From assembly GCA_024137785.1 (NCBI GenBank), contig JAHRHZ010000082.1, forward strand, positions 4,834,737 to 4,898,736: a stretch of DNA of 64,000 nt, written 5' to 3'. Source of the DNA: Ginglymostoma cirratum. Lineage: Eukaryota. The translations under genes were made by a program, and so were the position numbers. Within the stretch, counting starts at the first letter, position 1. Every line of letters begins with the position of its first letter. Shown here one piece after another: positions 13,501 to 27,415 of the stretch. The notes beneath the pieces were generated by a model. The model saw only the letters and a list, made by a program, of their open reading frames with translations, was not told the origin of the DNA and did not search any database.

Positions 13501-14589
13501 AGAATATACACACCAAGCTGCGCCAATGTTCACTTGTCCAAGGTGAAAGTCCGGTGAGATGATGACACATACCATCCTGCTGAAACTTCACTGTTGCCAT
13601 AGGATTGCACGTGGTTATTAAAGGTACAAACATTATCGACTGTTTGCATTGAGTCCTTTCAAGGAGGGTGTTGCAAATATCACACAACTAACAGTTCATG
13701 GAAACATGAATGGAGCCATTTAATGCTGGCAGCAGGGTTCTGACCTGTTGGTTGGACAGCCATGAAAGGCCTCCATTGCCTCTTTTCAGAAAGCCCTGAG
13801 CGTTGAGTGCCCTGAACTAGACAGAATGGGTATTCCCATGACCAAGGGGACCAGAGCTGGAAATGCAGCCCATCAAGAAGTGCCAGCCAATCAGAAGCTG
13901 GCAGCTTTGCACAGCTTAGCAGTACTATTGGATTGTGATGGCTGCTGTAGGTAATACACACAAATAATCTCAAGGGAAAACTCCAGCAAAACTAAACCAC
14001 GTTTGGGAATGAATGTGCTGGACTTCCATTTTGAAGTATGCAAGACATTTCAGATCAGTGTGTTTTATTTGTCTGTTTTACTGATAAAATCATCCATGGA
14101 CCTAGGCCACACATGAGTGATGATAGGAGGAGGATTGTATGGTTAGGCTTTCATTGGGGTTGGGGAGTGTTGGCAACTCGGGCAGAGGGTTGCCTTGCAG
14201 CAATTTCCCTCCCCCCTTGCCAATGCCAGGACCCTCAAGCCAGCACCGAAATGCCTGAATGAGGCAAGGACTCCCTCTGGAAGCCAACAAGCAATGCCAA
14301 CAGGGTTTGCTTTGTGGGCTTCTCGCACAATGAACCAACTGATAAGATCTGTGTTTTGACACGACAGCTTAATGTTCTGATTGAGTATAGGCATAATCAG
14401 CAGTATGGCAGCATGTGGTATGTACCCACCCGACTCATGCTGCCAGGATACCTGGTGACTTTAGGTCTGCTGCCAAACTGGTCAGTACTCGAGACAAGAA
14501 TGGGCATAGACAAATGTGCCAGATTTTAGGATTTTTTTTATTAGGCCAGTATTTATTGCCCGTCCTTAATTGCGACAATCAAGAAAGCA

Positions 14590-15151
14590 CAGTAATGCTT
14601 CTACCTACTCAGGAGACTAAGGAAATTTGTCATGTCCACAAAGATTCTTACCAAATTTTATAGATGCACCACAGAAAGCATCCTATCTGGGTACATCACA
14701 GCATGGTATGGCAACTGCTCTTTTCAAGACTGCAAGAAACTACAGAGAGTCATGAACACAGCCCAATCTACCAAACAAGCTAGTCTTCCATCCATTGACT
14801 CCATCTACACTTCCTGTTGCCTTGGGAAAGCAACTAACATAATCCCACACCCATTTTACTCACTTCCACCCTTTTCCATCAGGCAGAAGAAAAAAGGTTT
14901 GAAAACATGTATGAACAGATTCAAGAACAGGTTCTTCCCTGCTCTTATCAGGCTTTTGAACAGACCTCTCAAAAGTTAACGATAATCTCTCTCTCTCTCT
15001 CCGCACCTTCTCTGCAGCTGCAACACTATATTCTATACTCTGTTCTACCTCCTTGATCCACATTGTATGGTACAATCTGCCTGTATAGGGCACAAAATGA
15101 CACTTTTCACTATATCTCGGTACATGTGGCAACAATAAATCAAATCAAATC
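14590..15151 (+). mobile_element. Rex1/Babar-like LINE 3' fragment nested in a minus-strand SINE B (14530-15320)
   Basis: FYRCTTESILSGYITAWYGNCS..DCKKLQRV motif; (AAATC)n tail; SINE B sequence resumes on both sides. Confidence 0.75.
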
Positions 15152-16069
15152 AGCCCTGAGAGCAGTTAAGAATCAAACTAGTAACTCTGGGTCTGGAATC
15201 ACATGTAGACCATACCAGGTCAGGATGATAGATTTCCTTCCCTCCTAGTGAGCGAGCTGGTTTTTTTCTGACAAATGACAATAGTTTAATGGCCATCATT
15301 AGACCCTTAGTTCCATTTTCATCCAGGATAGTTCTATACCAGTGGCACTAGATGAGGCTGTAATGTAGGCATTAATGCCATGGATGTAATCTGGGCAGTT
15401 AACTACCACATGCCGCTGAAGTCACTGCTGTTGGAAGATCATTAAATTCCACCTATATTTCCTTTTAAATCACACAAATCTTCTCCCTCATGAATAAGGA
15501 TCAGCAACACAAGAAGGTCTCTGTAACTTTACAGGGAACTACGATTCCTAAATGTGCAGGACAGGAAGATGTGGGACCCTTGGCAATGGTATTTCCTCTT
15601 GCCCCTGATCTGTGGATTCCTCCAATGGAAGGGGTTCTGCTATGTGTTAAAGGAAGTTTCCTGGGGATGGAATGGGCCCTGTTGCTCAGCAGCTGTTCTT
15701 GCGCTTGGAATAGTGCTGGCTGAAGAGCCTCTGTATTGTGTAGAAAGGCTTGACATGAATGCTCAGGCATTAGAGGGAACACTGGAGGATCCAGATATGT
15801 TCACATCCTAAAACGTGTCATCTTTATCCATGCCTACTTTAGTTTTGCCCACGGACCGGTGTGGCTGTAGACCTAATGCCATCAGGTTTTCTGGTAGGGT
15901 TGATATGTAGAGTGAGTTGGATGGACACAATCCACATAATGTCATATATCTGATCACACACACTTCTGGATAATCAGAGTATTGAGGCTGGTGAATGCCA
16001 AATGCAGGTCTTGTTGATTGAATAATGGATGAAAACTCTAGAAGCCAATCTTTTCTATTCTACACTAAC

Positions 16070-17156
16070 TACAAGCTCCCCTCTAAGCGACACACAATTC
16101 CGACTTAGAGCTATGTCACCGTTCCTTTACTGTCAGTAGGTCAAAATCCTGGAACCCTCTTCCTACCTGCACTGTGGGCATACCTATCCCTTATAGACTG
16201 CAGTGGTTCAGAAGCTCAATGACCTTCCCTCCATCATAAGGTCAGAAGTGGGGATGATCGCCGATGATTGCACAATGTTCAGTACCATTCATGACTACTC
16301 AGATACTGAAGCAGTTCATGTTCACGTCCAACAAGATCTGGACAATATCCAGGCTTGGGATGACAAGTGGCAAGTGACATTCATGCCACACAAATGCCAG
16401 GCTATGACCATCATCAATAAGAGACAATCTAACCACCGCCCCTTGACATTCAATGGTGTTACGATCAATGAATCCCCTACTATCAACATCCTGGGGGTTA
16501 CCATTGACCAGAAACTCAACTGGACTTGCCACATTAACAGAGTGGCTACAAGAGCAGGCCAGAAGCTGGGGATACTGCGGCAAGTAACTCATCTCCTGAC
16601 TCCTCAAAGCCTGTCCACCATCTACACGGCATAAGTCAGGAGTGTGGTGGAATACTCCCCACTTGCCTGGATGAGTGCAGCCCCAACAACACTCAAGAAG
16701 CTTGACACCATCCAGGACAAAGCAGCCCACTTGATTGGTGCTGCATCTACGAGCATTCACTCCCTCCACCACTGATGTTCAGTAGCAGCAGTGTGTACTA
16801 TCTACAAGATGCACTGCAGAAATTCACCAAAGATCCTCAGACAGCATCTTCCAAACCCATGACCACTTCCATCTAGAAGGAGAAGGGCAGCAGATATATG
16901 GGATAACCACCACCTCCAAGTTCCCCTCCAAGTCACTCACCATCCTGACTTGGAAATATATCGCCATTCTTTCACTGTCGCTGGGCCAAAATCCTGGAAT
17001 TCCCTCCCTAATAGCATTGTGGGTCAACCCACAGCAGGAGGACTGCAGCGGTTCAAGAAGGTAGCTCATAACCATCTTCTGAAGGGCAACTAGGGATGGG
17101 CAAGAAATGTTGGCCAGCCAGCGATGCCCACATCCCACAAAATGAATAGAAAAAAC
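16070..17156 (+). mobile_element. CR1-clade LINE family B 3' part (RT domain and tail), pseudogenised
   Basis: NDLPSIIRSEVGMIADDCTMF..QQDLDNIQAW..KWQVTF; stop at 16632-16634, then VRSVVEYSPLAW; A-rich tail. Confidence 0.85.
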
Positions 17157-17309
17157 AGCTCATCACTACCTTCACAAGGTCAATAAATGCTGGCCTATCT
17201 GGTAACAAGCACATCCCCTGAACAAATAGATATAAGTAATCACCTCCCTCCAGAATAATACCCAATAACTGGTAGAAACAAAGGGGTATTCAAAGATGCC
17301 TCTGGTTCA

Positions 17310-17765
17310 TGATAACACAGTTTGGAGCTGGAGGAACACAGCAGGCCAGGCAGCATCAGAGGAGCAAGAAAGTTGATGTTTCGGGTTGGGATGCCTCTGG
17401 TTTATATTTATTTTTGCTTATTTATGGAATATAGATAATTATTGCACCATCTCTAATTGCCCCTTGAACTGTGTGGCTTTCAGGGCCATTTCAGAGAGCA
17501 ATTAAGAGTCGACCACATTGTTGTGGATATGTTGTCGCATGTAGGCCATACCAGGTAAGGATGACAGATTTCCTTCACTAAAGAACATTAATGAACCAGC
17601 TGAGTTTCTATGACCATTGACAATGGTACATGGTCACCGTTAGGACAGCTTTCAAAACCAGATTTTCTATCAATTTCAAATTTCCCAGTTTGCCATGGTG
17701 GATTGAAATCGTTGATGCTACAGTAATATGAGTCCAGTGACATTGTCTCTGTGCCATTGTCTCTT
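17310..17765 (-). mobile_element. PLE family A fragment (17310-17390) followed by SINE B (17405-17765)
   Basis: Reverse-complement homology to the 22433 and 34558 elements. Confidence 0.65.
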
Positions 17766-20089
17766 GATGATAGAAAGATGTCAGATTAGATGTGTTTTGC
17801 CCTCCATTGTTTGTGTCAATCCAAAGACATCAATAGTTAAAAATATTGGATTTGGAATGTTTGTCTGAGAAATAGGGTGCCTGAACTTTGACAGTACTAA
17901 GGAACTTCACTGTCTCAAACTGTTCCAGGAGAACTGGGGAGCTCTCCGAAATGCTGGTTACTATAGTATCAGAAAAGAAGTGAAATTAATGTCTTGAGGT
18001 AAACAATTATGATCAAATACCAACAGTAAGCATGTGTCTTTTCATTGAATGATGCCACTTGACTCAGATCTAGAGACTGGTGCAAGTACAGAGAATTGAA
18101 TATATCTAGTTAATAGATTCATGGATGAACAACAGTCTTGTTCTTCACACTGATCAACATTACTTGCTTGAAGTACCCCCTGGTCAAAGAGCTTGATCCC
18201 ACACCCTGGGGATGTGACAGCTTCCTTGCTTGACTAGCCTGCAAACGTTCCCTCTCTGAGCTCACAGACAAACAATAGCTGCTTGGAACAGCACTGAGAG
18301 GGACACAGTGGAGTTATTTTCAGCCTAACCAGTAAACCAATCAGGCCGATTCTCTCTGCCCCTTCATCAGATTTTCACCTCCACTGAGAACTAGCGGGTT
18401 ATATAATGACGGGAGCATTTCTTCAGCTGGTTGGAATCCAAATGAGATTGACAAAAATTAGCTCCACAGCTTTCAAGAGAGATAAACTGAAATGATTTTA
18501 AACTAGGTGGAAAGGGGTGTATTTTAAGTCTTTTCTGTACATGGATTAGCAAAGAACAGCAGTTTTGCACATTGTGAAGAGCAACAATAGCCACAATATG
18601 AAAAAACCCTGTTGCATGAGAGGTAAATAAAAACTGCAAAATGTTATTCTTTACTAAGCAAAGCAGCAGTACACAAACATATTCCAGCAGTATGCACAGA
18701 AAATGTTAACATATGTCCGACTTCAATTCTAACAGAATCTACCTATGTAGCATATGACCATAATCACCAGGGGCATTGTCTGAATACTGAAAACTGCCAC
18801 TTCCAGTGGAGGCACAACAATAATCACCAGGGGCATCATCTTCATTGTGAAAAATGACAGCTCCGGAATGCTGACAACACCACAGCTATCAGGAGAAGCT
18901 TGAGCTTGGCTTTTACAGCCGTAATTGAAAATAGGATGACAAAGATGAAACAAAGCTTGTCAAAAACGTACAATTTTCACATAACTGCAGCTGAGGGAGC
19001 AGAACAGCACTGGCATTAACGTTTCAGTTTTGTGTTTTGCCCTATATTTTATGAATAACATCAACAGCTGATTAACAAACCAATCTATACTATCAGCCTG
19101 ATGTATATTTAATATACATTGGATTTCTTTTTGCAGCATCTGCACATTCACTTAATGTCAAAGTAAACTTATGAATTCTGTGGGGGACTTTTCTTTGCAA
19201 GTGTAGTGATTCAAAATGGCACATTACTTGGAGTATACATCCCAGATCTTATTGGATACTGTGTTCATCTCATTAACAGCCTATAAAACACAATTAGTAA
19301 AGTCCTAGTGGCATTGTAATATTTTAGCTAAATTAATATTGCATCAAAAAGAACCCAGATCTATATTTTGTAAATACATTCATGGTTTATGATTTCATTT
19401 TAATTCATTTAGTTTGTTCCACATGGTGTGTGGTACAGGATAATAGAGTGACAAGCCTACCCCAGTTCTGTGTCTACCATTGCATCAGCTACATCAGGGG
19501 CGTCCATGAGGCAGGTTATGTCTGAGCCATGTACAAGAGGAGTATATCAAACATGGATTGGGAGGTTGAATCAGAGGATGGAAAACTAGCTTTGAAATTA
19601 AATGAAGCTGAAGAGTGTATTTTCAGGATAGGGCTTTATCTTTTCAAAATTGCAATGGTGTATTATTTGGTTACTTTCTTCTTTAGTCATTTGTTTTGTT
19701 TCATACTATTACTGCAGATAGTAATGAAATTTGTGATAATTTTCTAAGATTGTTTTCATTTTATTAGTTTCAGGTTGGGATAAAGGAATTCTCTTGCTTT
19801 CATTGGGAAATGATTTGTGCTAAGGAGATTTGCAGTAGTTTATTAGGCACAGTAACAGAAGAAAGAGGTGTCATGTATGAACAGCTCACAAGGATCAATT
19901 AAAGAGTCTGCCAGTCATGTTGCACCTTTGAACCACTTTGACATGAATGAATCACTGTGCAAATTATATACTACAGGTGTAAAGACATGAACTACATTGC
20001 AATAATTATTGGATTTTCACACACAAGATCTGGGACAATTCCTATCATCCTGTCCTTTAAGGAACTGTGAGTTTTTTTATTTCTGTAGC

Positions 20090-20775
20090 TGTGCCTTGGT
20101 GGTTAGTACTTCTGCTTCTAAGTCAAAATGTGCTGGGTTTAAGATGCTTGACCACAAAATATAGGTGGACACGTTAATGCAGTACTGAAGGGAGGCTACA
20201 CTGTTGGAGGAGCCATCTTTCAGCTAAGGTATCAACTCAGTTTGCTCTCTCAGGCAGGTGTAAAAGAACCTAAGACACTATTCAAAGAAAAATAGGGGAG
20301 TTCTCCTCAGTATCCTGGCCAATGCTCAGCCTCGAAAAACATCACTAAATTCTGAAGAAGAGTCATATCTGACATGAAACGTTAACTCTGTTTCTCTCTC
20401 TTAAGTGGTGGATGTGGATACAGTTACAAAGTTTAAAAAAAACATTTAGGTAAGTGCATAAATAAGAAATGTTTTGGAGGGAAATGGGCCAAGTGCAGGC
20501 TGGTAGAACTAGTTTAGTTTAGGATTATGGTTGGCATGAACTGGTCGGACCAAAGGGTCTGTTTCTTTGCTGTGTGACTCTATGATTCACCACATATGCT
20601 ACCTGTCTGGCTGAGCTTCCCCAGCATTCCCTGTTTCTTTCAATAAATAAGATCTAGTCATTATCTCATTGCCATTTGTTAGACATCGCGATGCACAAAT
20701 TGACTACAGTGTGTCCTATATTAGTACATTGAATAAACTTCAAAAAAGTACCTCATTGACCGTAAAGTGCTTTCA
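20090..20775 (+). mobile_element. DeuSINE containing a nested PLE-derived element that itself contains a CR1 3' end
   Basis: Deu domain 20175-20350 resumes at ~20645; PLE piece 20350-20400 resumes at ~20590-20640; CR1 tail 20402-20588. Confidence 0.7.
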
Positions 20776-20779
20776 CATG

Positions 20780-22120
20780 AACCTGCTCCACCATTATATA
20801 CAGTCACGGCTGACCTGATTGCAGCCTTAGAAGTCAATTTTCCTGCCAATCCCTATAACCATGACTCCTTTGTACATTCAAAGTCTGTCTGACTCAGCCT
20901 TAAATATATTAAATGAACCAGCTTCCACCATCAGAGAAATTAATTTCAATGTCTAACAACCCTCTGAGAAAAGAAATTCCTTCTAATCTCTACCTTAAAC
21001 TGTCACTCCTAGTTTTGGCCATCCTCAAGAGAGATAACATGCTCACAACATTATTCCTGTCAAGCCCCTTCAGAATCTTGTGTTTAGAACATAGAACATA
21101 GAACATAGAACAATACAGCGCAGAACAGGCCCTTCGGCCCTCGATGTTGCGCCACCCTGTGAACTAATCTAAGCCCATCCCCCTACACTACCCCATCATC
21201 ACCCATATGCTTATCCAAGGACTGTTTAAATGCCCCTAATGTGGCTGAGTTAACTACATTGGCAGGCAGGGCATTCCACGCCCTTACCACTCTCTGAGTA
21301 AAGAACTCGCATTCAACTCTCATTCTTCTAAACTTCAATGACTTTAGGCCAATTCTAATAAATCTTTCCTCTTAAAAATGGCATCAATCCTGGAATCAGT
21401 CCAGTGAATCTTCTCTGAACTGCTTCCAGTGCAAGCATATGCTTCCTTAAGTAAGGAAATCAGAACGGCTCACAATATCCAGGTATTACCTCATGAATTC
21501 CCTGTATAACTGTAGGAACACTTCCTTACTTTTATTTTCCATCCCCCTTGCAATAAAAGTCAATGTTCCATTTCCCTTCCTAATTATTTGTTCTGTTTGC
21601 ATGCTAACATTTAGTATTCATGTGCAAGGACACCCAGATTCCTCTGTACTGTGACATTCTACAATCTCTATTTGAATAATATTCTGCTGTTCTACTTTTA
21701 GCAAAGTGTACAACAGCACATTTTTCTACAATATGTTGCCCCAGCAAATTTTTACTATTGGCTTTATCTATAACTATTTGTAGGCTTTAATACCGTCCTT
21801 ACAAATTGCTTTCCAGTGTTTCTTTGTATTAACAGCAAATTTGGCCACAATACATTTGGTTCCCTCCATTCAAGACATTTATATAGATTATAAATAAGTG
21901 CATCCCCAGCGCTGATCTCCATGACACCCACTTATTACAGTTTGACAGCCTGTGTCGTGGTAGTTGATAAATCATGCTGATTTTGTGCAGTAATCTCTTA
22001 TGTGGCAACTTAGTGAATAGCTTTGGAAATACAAATACATCACATCTACTGCTTCCCCTTTATCTGCACTGTTTTGTTACATCCTCAAAGAGCTCAAATA
22101 AATTGGTCAAACAGAGGAGA
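20780..22120 (-). mobile_element. Degenerate CR1 LINE with a younger CR1 3' end ((CATAGAA)n tail, 21085-21308) inside
   Basis: Reverse-complement CR1 RT and 3' motifs; tandem heptamer tail. Confidence 0.7.
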
Positions 22121-22432
22121 ACTCTCTGCTGTCCCTTGATTAAACTCACCCAATAATTTTGGATATGAACAGTGTTGAATCAATGTAAACTTTTATTTGT
22201 ATTTTTAATGTTACCAGCATATGTTTGCAAAAGGAATATTAGATTTGAAAGAATCTCAATAAAAAGCACAATGATAAATGAGATGTAAATAAGAAACTCA
22301 ATTAAAAATCCTGGAAAACTCTTTACCTAAAGAACATTTAGAATGGGGAACCTTTTACTCCAGAGTACAGTTGAAGCAAGTGGTAAGATACCTTTAAGGG
22401 GAATCAGGTTAAACAAATGAAATAGAAAGGAA

Positions 22433-22552
22433 TGGGTTTAGGCCCGAAACGTCAAGTTTTCCTGCTCCTATGATGCTGCTTGACCTGCTGTGTTCATCCA
22501 GCCCCATGCTTGTTATCTCGGATTCTCCAGCATCTGCAGTACCTTTTATCTC
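22433..22552 (+). mobile_element. Young PLE family A short insertion, 13-bp TSD AAATAGAAAGGAA
   Basis: TSD at 22420-22432 and 22553-22565; near-identical to 45034-45122 and 50585-50667. Confidence 0.85.
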
Positions 22553-24493
22553 AAATAGAAAGGAACAGAAGGATAAGCAGCTGAAGGGAATGAGAGTCAG
22601 CTCACATGAAACATAAATGCTTAGAAAGACCTACTGGGCTAAGTGGCCTGTTTTTGTTTTGTAAATTCTATGTAATATATAATGCAAAGATCATCTCAGC
22701 CATCAAACAATAATCTCTTTTCTTTTTAAGAACATTCCAGGTCATCCCACTGCTGAACACTCAACACATTCTCTTTGTAGATATTACATGTTTACAGCAT
22801 TCTCTGTTCCAGTTTCAGACACTCAGCATTTGCGGTCCTTAGCTTATTAATTTAAGGCTACCTGTGCAATTCACTAAATGCTTAGGTTAGCAGCCAGTTT
22901 AAATCACTTGTGAATGCGTCATACAAATAATACAGAAATAATCTTAAATCACATTCAGAAAATGATTACTTAAAACCAAATTAGAAAGATACAACAAAAC
23001 AAAGGGGGCACAAATCTTAATTGATATTAAATTCCAGTTAAAAGTGAAGTAATAATACCTCTTATGAAGCTGATATCAAAAATATTCAAGTGGTGAAACT
23101 TTCTTCAGTCTATTATTGCTGCAGACATTTCAAGTTTGTAAATATCAAACAAATGGTTTCTCTGGGAAATGAAATACTATGACTTTAGCCTGGTTAAAAC
23201 ATCTGCAATTTTCAGCAACTTGCTGATATGTGTGCTATCCCACTGCATTAAAATTAAGGTTAGCTAAGTATATGGTGAAAAGAATGTCAAATCCATATTA
23301 TTGCATACTGGCAATATCCTAGTGTATCGACACACCACGATGAATTACCATGTTCATCGTTGCACAAAATAGTGTTGCATAATTTCCTTGGTTTCAGCCA
23401 CATTACTGACCTAGAACTTGATTTATCATTAGAGGCCTTTCCTGTATCCAGTGACAGTTATGGTCAGACAGAAGCAAGAGTCCCCACCACATCTGCCATT
23501 GTACATGTCAGACAGACTGACTAAATGTATAAAAGCAAAATACTGCAAATGCTTGAAAACTGAAATAAAAGCAGAAAGTGCTGGAAAAACTCAGATGGTT
23601 TGTAGCATGTGGAGAGAGAAACAGAGTTAAACACTTGAACTCAGACTGATTAAATGGATAGTGCATCATCATAATCATTCTACAGCAGCCTTCAAATTAT
23701 AAAAGAAATTATGATGTAGGAACAGGAGAAAGCCATTCAGCCTCTCCAGTTCCATTCATCAGATAATGGTTTATCAGTACTACATCTTAACCCCCGAAAT
23801 ACACCTTTGTCCCAGATCCTTTAAATTGTCCACCTAAAATTCAATCAATTTCAGTTTTGAAACCATGAATTGACCTAGTCAGAACAAATTTATAGGTCAA
23901 ATTCCACATTTGCCTTCATTTTATGTAAATAGGTGATCAGTAGCATAGAGGGAGCAATAACCTGTAGAATTAATTCAAATGTTGACATACTAATAATGTG
24001 TTGGAATGATACAGAGGCAGATTCCTGAGTGATAATATGATGAGCAGCTGGCAAAAGGCAAATGGAGAATGGAGTGGTGGTGGAACAAAATTTGAAAAAA
24101 AAAACGGAGGATTACACAAGCCAGCAAAGAAAAGTAAAGAAATGTTAGGTTAGTCAAAGATGTTACATAATCAGAGGCTATGGGTAGCTTTCAATGGTTG
24201 ATTTATTTTTTATTCCGTTGTATGTCTCCAAGGTTTGCATAGCTAATTGTCGTTATTGCCTGTACCTATCTCCCATTATTGCCACACTGGCTTCCGCTCT
24301 GCATTTGAATATTCGTAAATTTGCATTGTTTGGCTTTGAGTGAATTTGATGACCAGTTGCTTACAGATTGCTTTTGTCTGGGCCTGACACTTTTTTCAGG
24401 TACAAAAGATAGGTGTCTGCTAAATAGTTAACGAAAAAATATCCTTGAACTTCTTTATGAATTTGGTTAATGGATTACAATTAACATTTTTTA

Positions 24494-24509
24494 CCACCAG
24501 ATGGTGCTA
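24494..24509 (+). promoter_or_regulatory. Candidate CTCF site CCACCAGATGGTGCTA
   Basis: Close match to the CTCF core consensus, in unique sequence; motif only. Confidence 0.4.
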
Positions 24510-24671
24510 TAAAGGTAAGAACAATAGAACTTAGCAATTAATACAAAATACCTAAGAACCTTTTATTTGTTGATTGGTTTTAGCTGTCAATTATGGGCTA
24601 TAAAGGCCAAATACATTTGAAAATTCATGTTATGATATAGTAGTAGCTATAAATTTGCCATAAGAATAGTA

Positions 24672-24980
24672 TTTTTGCCAGGGTAGGGGAGTCCAAAACT
24701 AGAGGGCACACGTTTAAGGTGAGAACGGAAAAATTTAAAAGGGACTTGAGGGGCAACGTTTTTATGCAGAGGATGGTGTGTGTATGCTGCCAGAGGAGGT
24801 GTCGGAGGTTGATACAATTACAACATTTAAAAGGCATCTGGATGGATACATGGATAGGAAGGGTTTAGAGGAATACAGGCCAAATGCTGGCAAATGGGAC
24901 TCGATCAGTTTAGGATATCTGGCCAGCATGGACGAGTCGGACTGAAGGGTCTGTTTCTGAGCTGTATAACTCTATGACTC
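24672..24980 (+). mobile_element. CR1 (HER1-like) LINE 3' end
   Basis: ESKTRGH.FKVR.EKFKRDLRGNVF motif and tail; homologous to 38230-38540. Confidence 0.85.
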
Positions 24981-25734
24981 CACAATAGCAGACTACCAAT
25001 GCCATCTGTCACTAAGGAGTAAATTAGACAGCAACTTCTGATGTCCATGCATGTGTAAATGTGGAGTTTGCGAAGATGCATTGTAAGTTTCCTTGCTCCT
25101 CCACAAGCTTTACAATAACATTAGATCAGTGTAAGTTCAGTATTCAAATACACAGAATACAATGTTTAACCATCAGATAGACAGTAAGCATGCCAGAAAT
25201 ATTGAGTGTTTGTTCAACTGTCAGTGACTTTTCAATGGTGTAGTAAGTCTTAATTACTGCCAGGCAATCTCTCTGGCACTGAAAATTAACTTTTCAGTTA
25301 ACTTTTCAGTCAACTAATCTCTTGATAAAGTCAAAACATTTATTTTTCCTTTGTCTCTTTTATCTCTCTCTTGATACCGACATTCTTTTCCTCCCAAACT
25401 TTTGCTTTCATTTCGTGCCTTCAGATTGGATTAAATATTCTAACTCTCTCTACTTCCCAGTTTAAACAGTGCATAGCTCATTGGAATTCCCACAATCTAC
25501 AAAATTGGTTAAGTAGATAAATGGCTGCTTATTTTGTTCATGCAAGTCTCTGATTCATTTTTTGACTGTCCGATACGGATTGTTGTCAAAAGAGCCCATA
25601 GAAAAACTAAGTAGGTGTAAGTCCAGTGAATGGTGAGTGCCACTTGTTGACTATTACTAGCAAAATCTGAGTCAAGCATTTTTGTCTGATGCTACTTCAC
25701 TCTGTAGCCCAGGTTATAAGAATCCTTAAAACAA

Positions 25735-26000
25735 TGGAATCATAGAATTCCTACAGTGTGGAAGTGGGCTATTCAGCCCGTTAAATCCACACTATCCTTG
25801 TAACCCTGCATGCCCAATGGCTAATCTGCCAAATTTACACATCTTCAGACTGTGGAAGGATACTGGAGCACCCAGAGGAAACTGATGCAGATACAGGAAG
25901 AACATGCAAACTCCACATAGACAGTTGCCCAAGGGTGGAATTGAACCCAAGTCCCTGGTACTGCAAGACAGCAGTTCCAACCGCTGGGCCACCATACCAC
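25735..26000 (-). mobile_element. HE1-type SINE
   Basis: Homology to other copies. Confidence 0.85.
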
Positions 26001-27054
26001 AAATTGGCTAGCGTGTATATCTATTGGAATAAAAGCCAGTGATCAGGTATTAATTTGATGCATTACCAACACCATTCAAAGCAAATTGAGTAAAATATCT
26101 AGTATATGCATATTGCAAATGTGCAACCTTTTCTGATTTGAACAGATACAAAATATTGAACTACATTTTAATTATGGACAGTTATTAGCATATGTCAATC
26201 GTTTCCTTATTTATTCCCAATAACATGATGTACATTATCTAACTTAGACTTGATATGGATCCATTTGCACTATAGCTATTTTCAGTGGAAAGAGATTTCA
26301 GTTCACGCTGATGCTTGCTTAGGTGCAGCCTATTTCTGATCTGGAGTTGAGACTATCTTAATTGGAGTGAATGAAATTAGGAACAAATAATTATCAAACT
26401 AGATTCAACTAGATTTATTAAGCCACTCTTCATTTCAGCAGCATGGAAGCTGCCCAGTCCTACCGATATAATGGGCAATGAAAACACCAGCCTGCCTGGG
26501 CTAATCCTTGTTCCTCACTGGAGAATACAATGGGGCAGACCCCCATCTCATTGTTCATAACATGACTGAAAGTATCCTGTCAAACCTGCAGTGAAGATCC
26601 GTGTGGACTATCGATTTCAATATGGAAATCTTTGTAATCAAAGAAATTACAAGCAACGAGTGTGCAGCATAATTTTGGGATAAGATATTTCAGTTCGACT
26701 GAGGCTCCTGATTGCAATGGTCATATAGCAGTAACAGATGGCTGATTACAAGAAAGGGACATTATCATAAATTATAAATCTTCTGAAGGTATATATCGGA
26801 AGAAACATTTGTAACTGCATTACAGGGAATTCCTGTAGCCTGTCTGCATGATAACAATATTATGAATAATATGTTGCAAATTGAAAGTGTATGGGTAACC
26901 TATATACATGGTACACAGTATGTGTGATAATATCAAAGAAAATTATTACATCTAAATGCAAAATTGTAAGAAATTGTAAGCAATAAAAAAAGTAGAAGTA
27001 TATATTTATCAGGGTAGCATAATAAAATCCAATGGGAAAAGTGATCAAGACATT

Positions 27055-27415
27055 GGGTGGCATTGTGTCTCAGTGGTTAGCACTGCTGCCTCACTGTGCC
27101 AAGGACCTGGGTTCAATTCCAACCTCCAGTTGGAGCTCATTATTAGTGGAGTTTGCATGTTCTCCCCAAGTCTGCATGAGTTTCCTCTGGGTGCTCTGGT
27201 TTCCTCCCACGGTTCAAAGATGTACAGGTTACTTGGATTGGTTTTGCTAAATTGCCTACAGTGTCTAAAGATGTGCAGGCTAGGTGGATTAGCATGGGAA
27301 ATGCAGGATTACAGGGGTACATTAAGTGGGTGATCTGGTTTTACTACTCTTCAGAGGCTCGATGTGGACTCAATGGGTCGAATGGCCTGCTTCCACACTG
27401 TAGAGATTCTCTAAT
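27055..27415 (+). mobile_element. HE1-type SINE
   Basis: A/B boxes, V-domain, tail. Confidence 0.85.
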
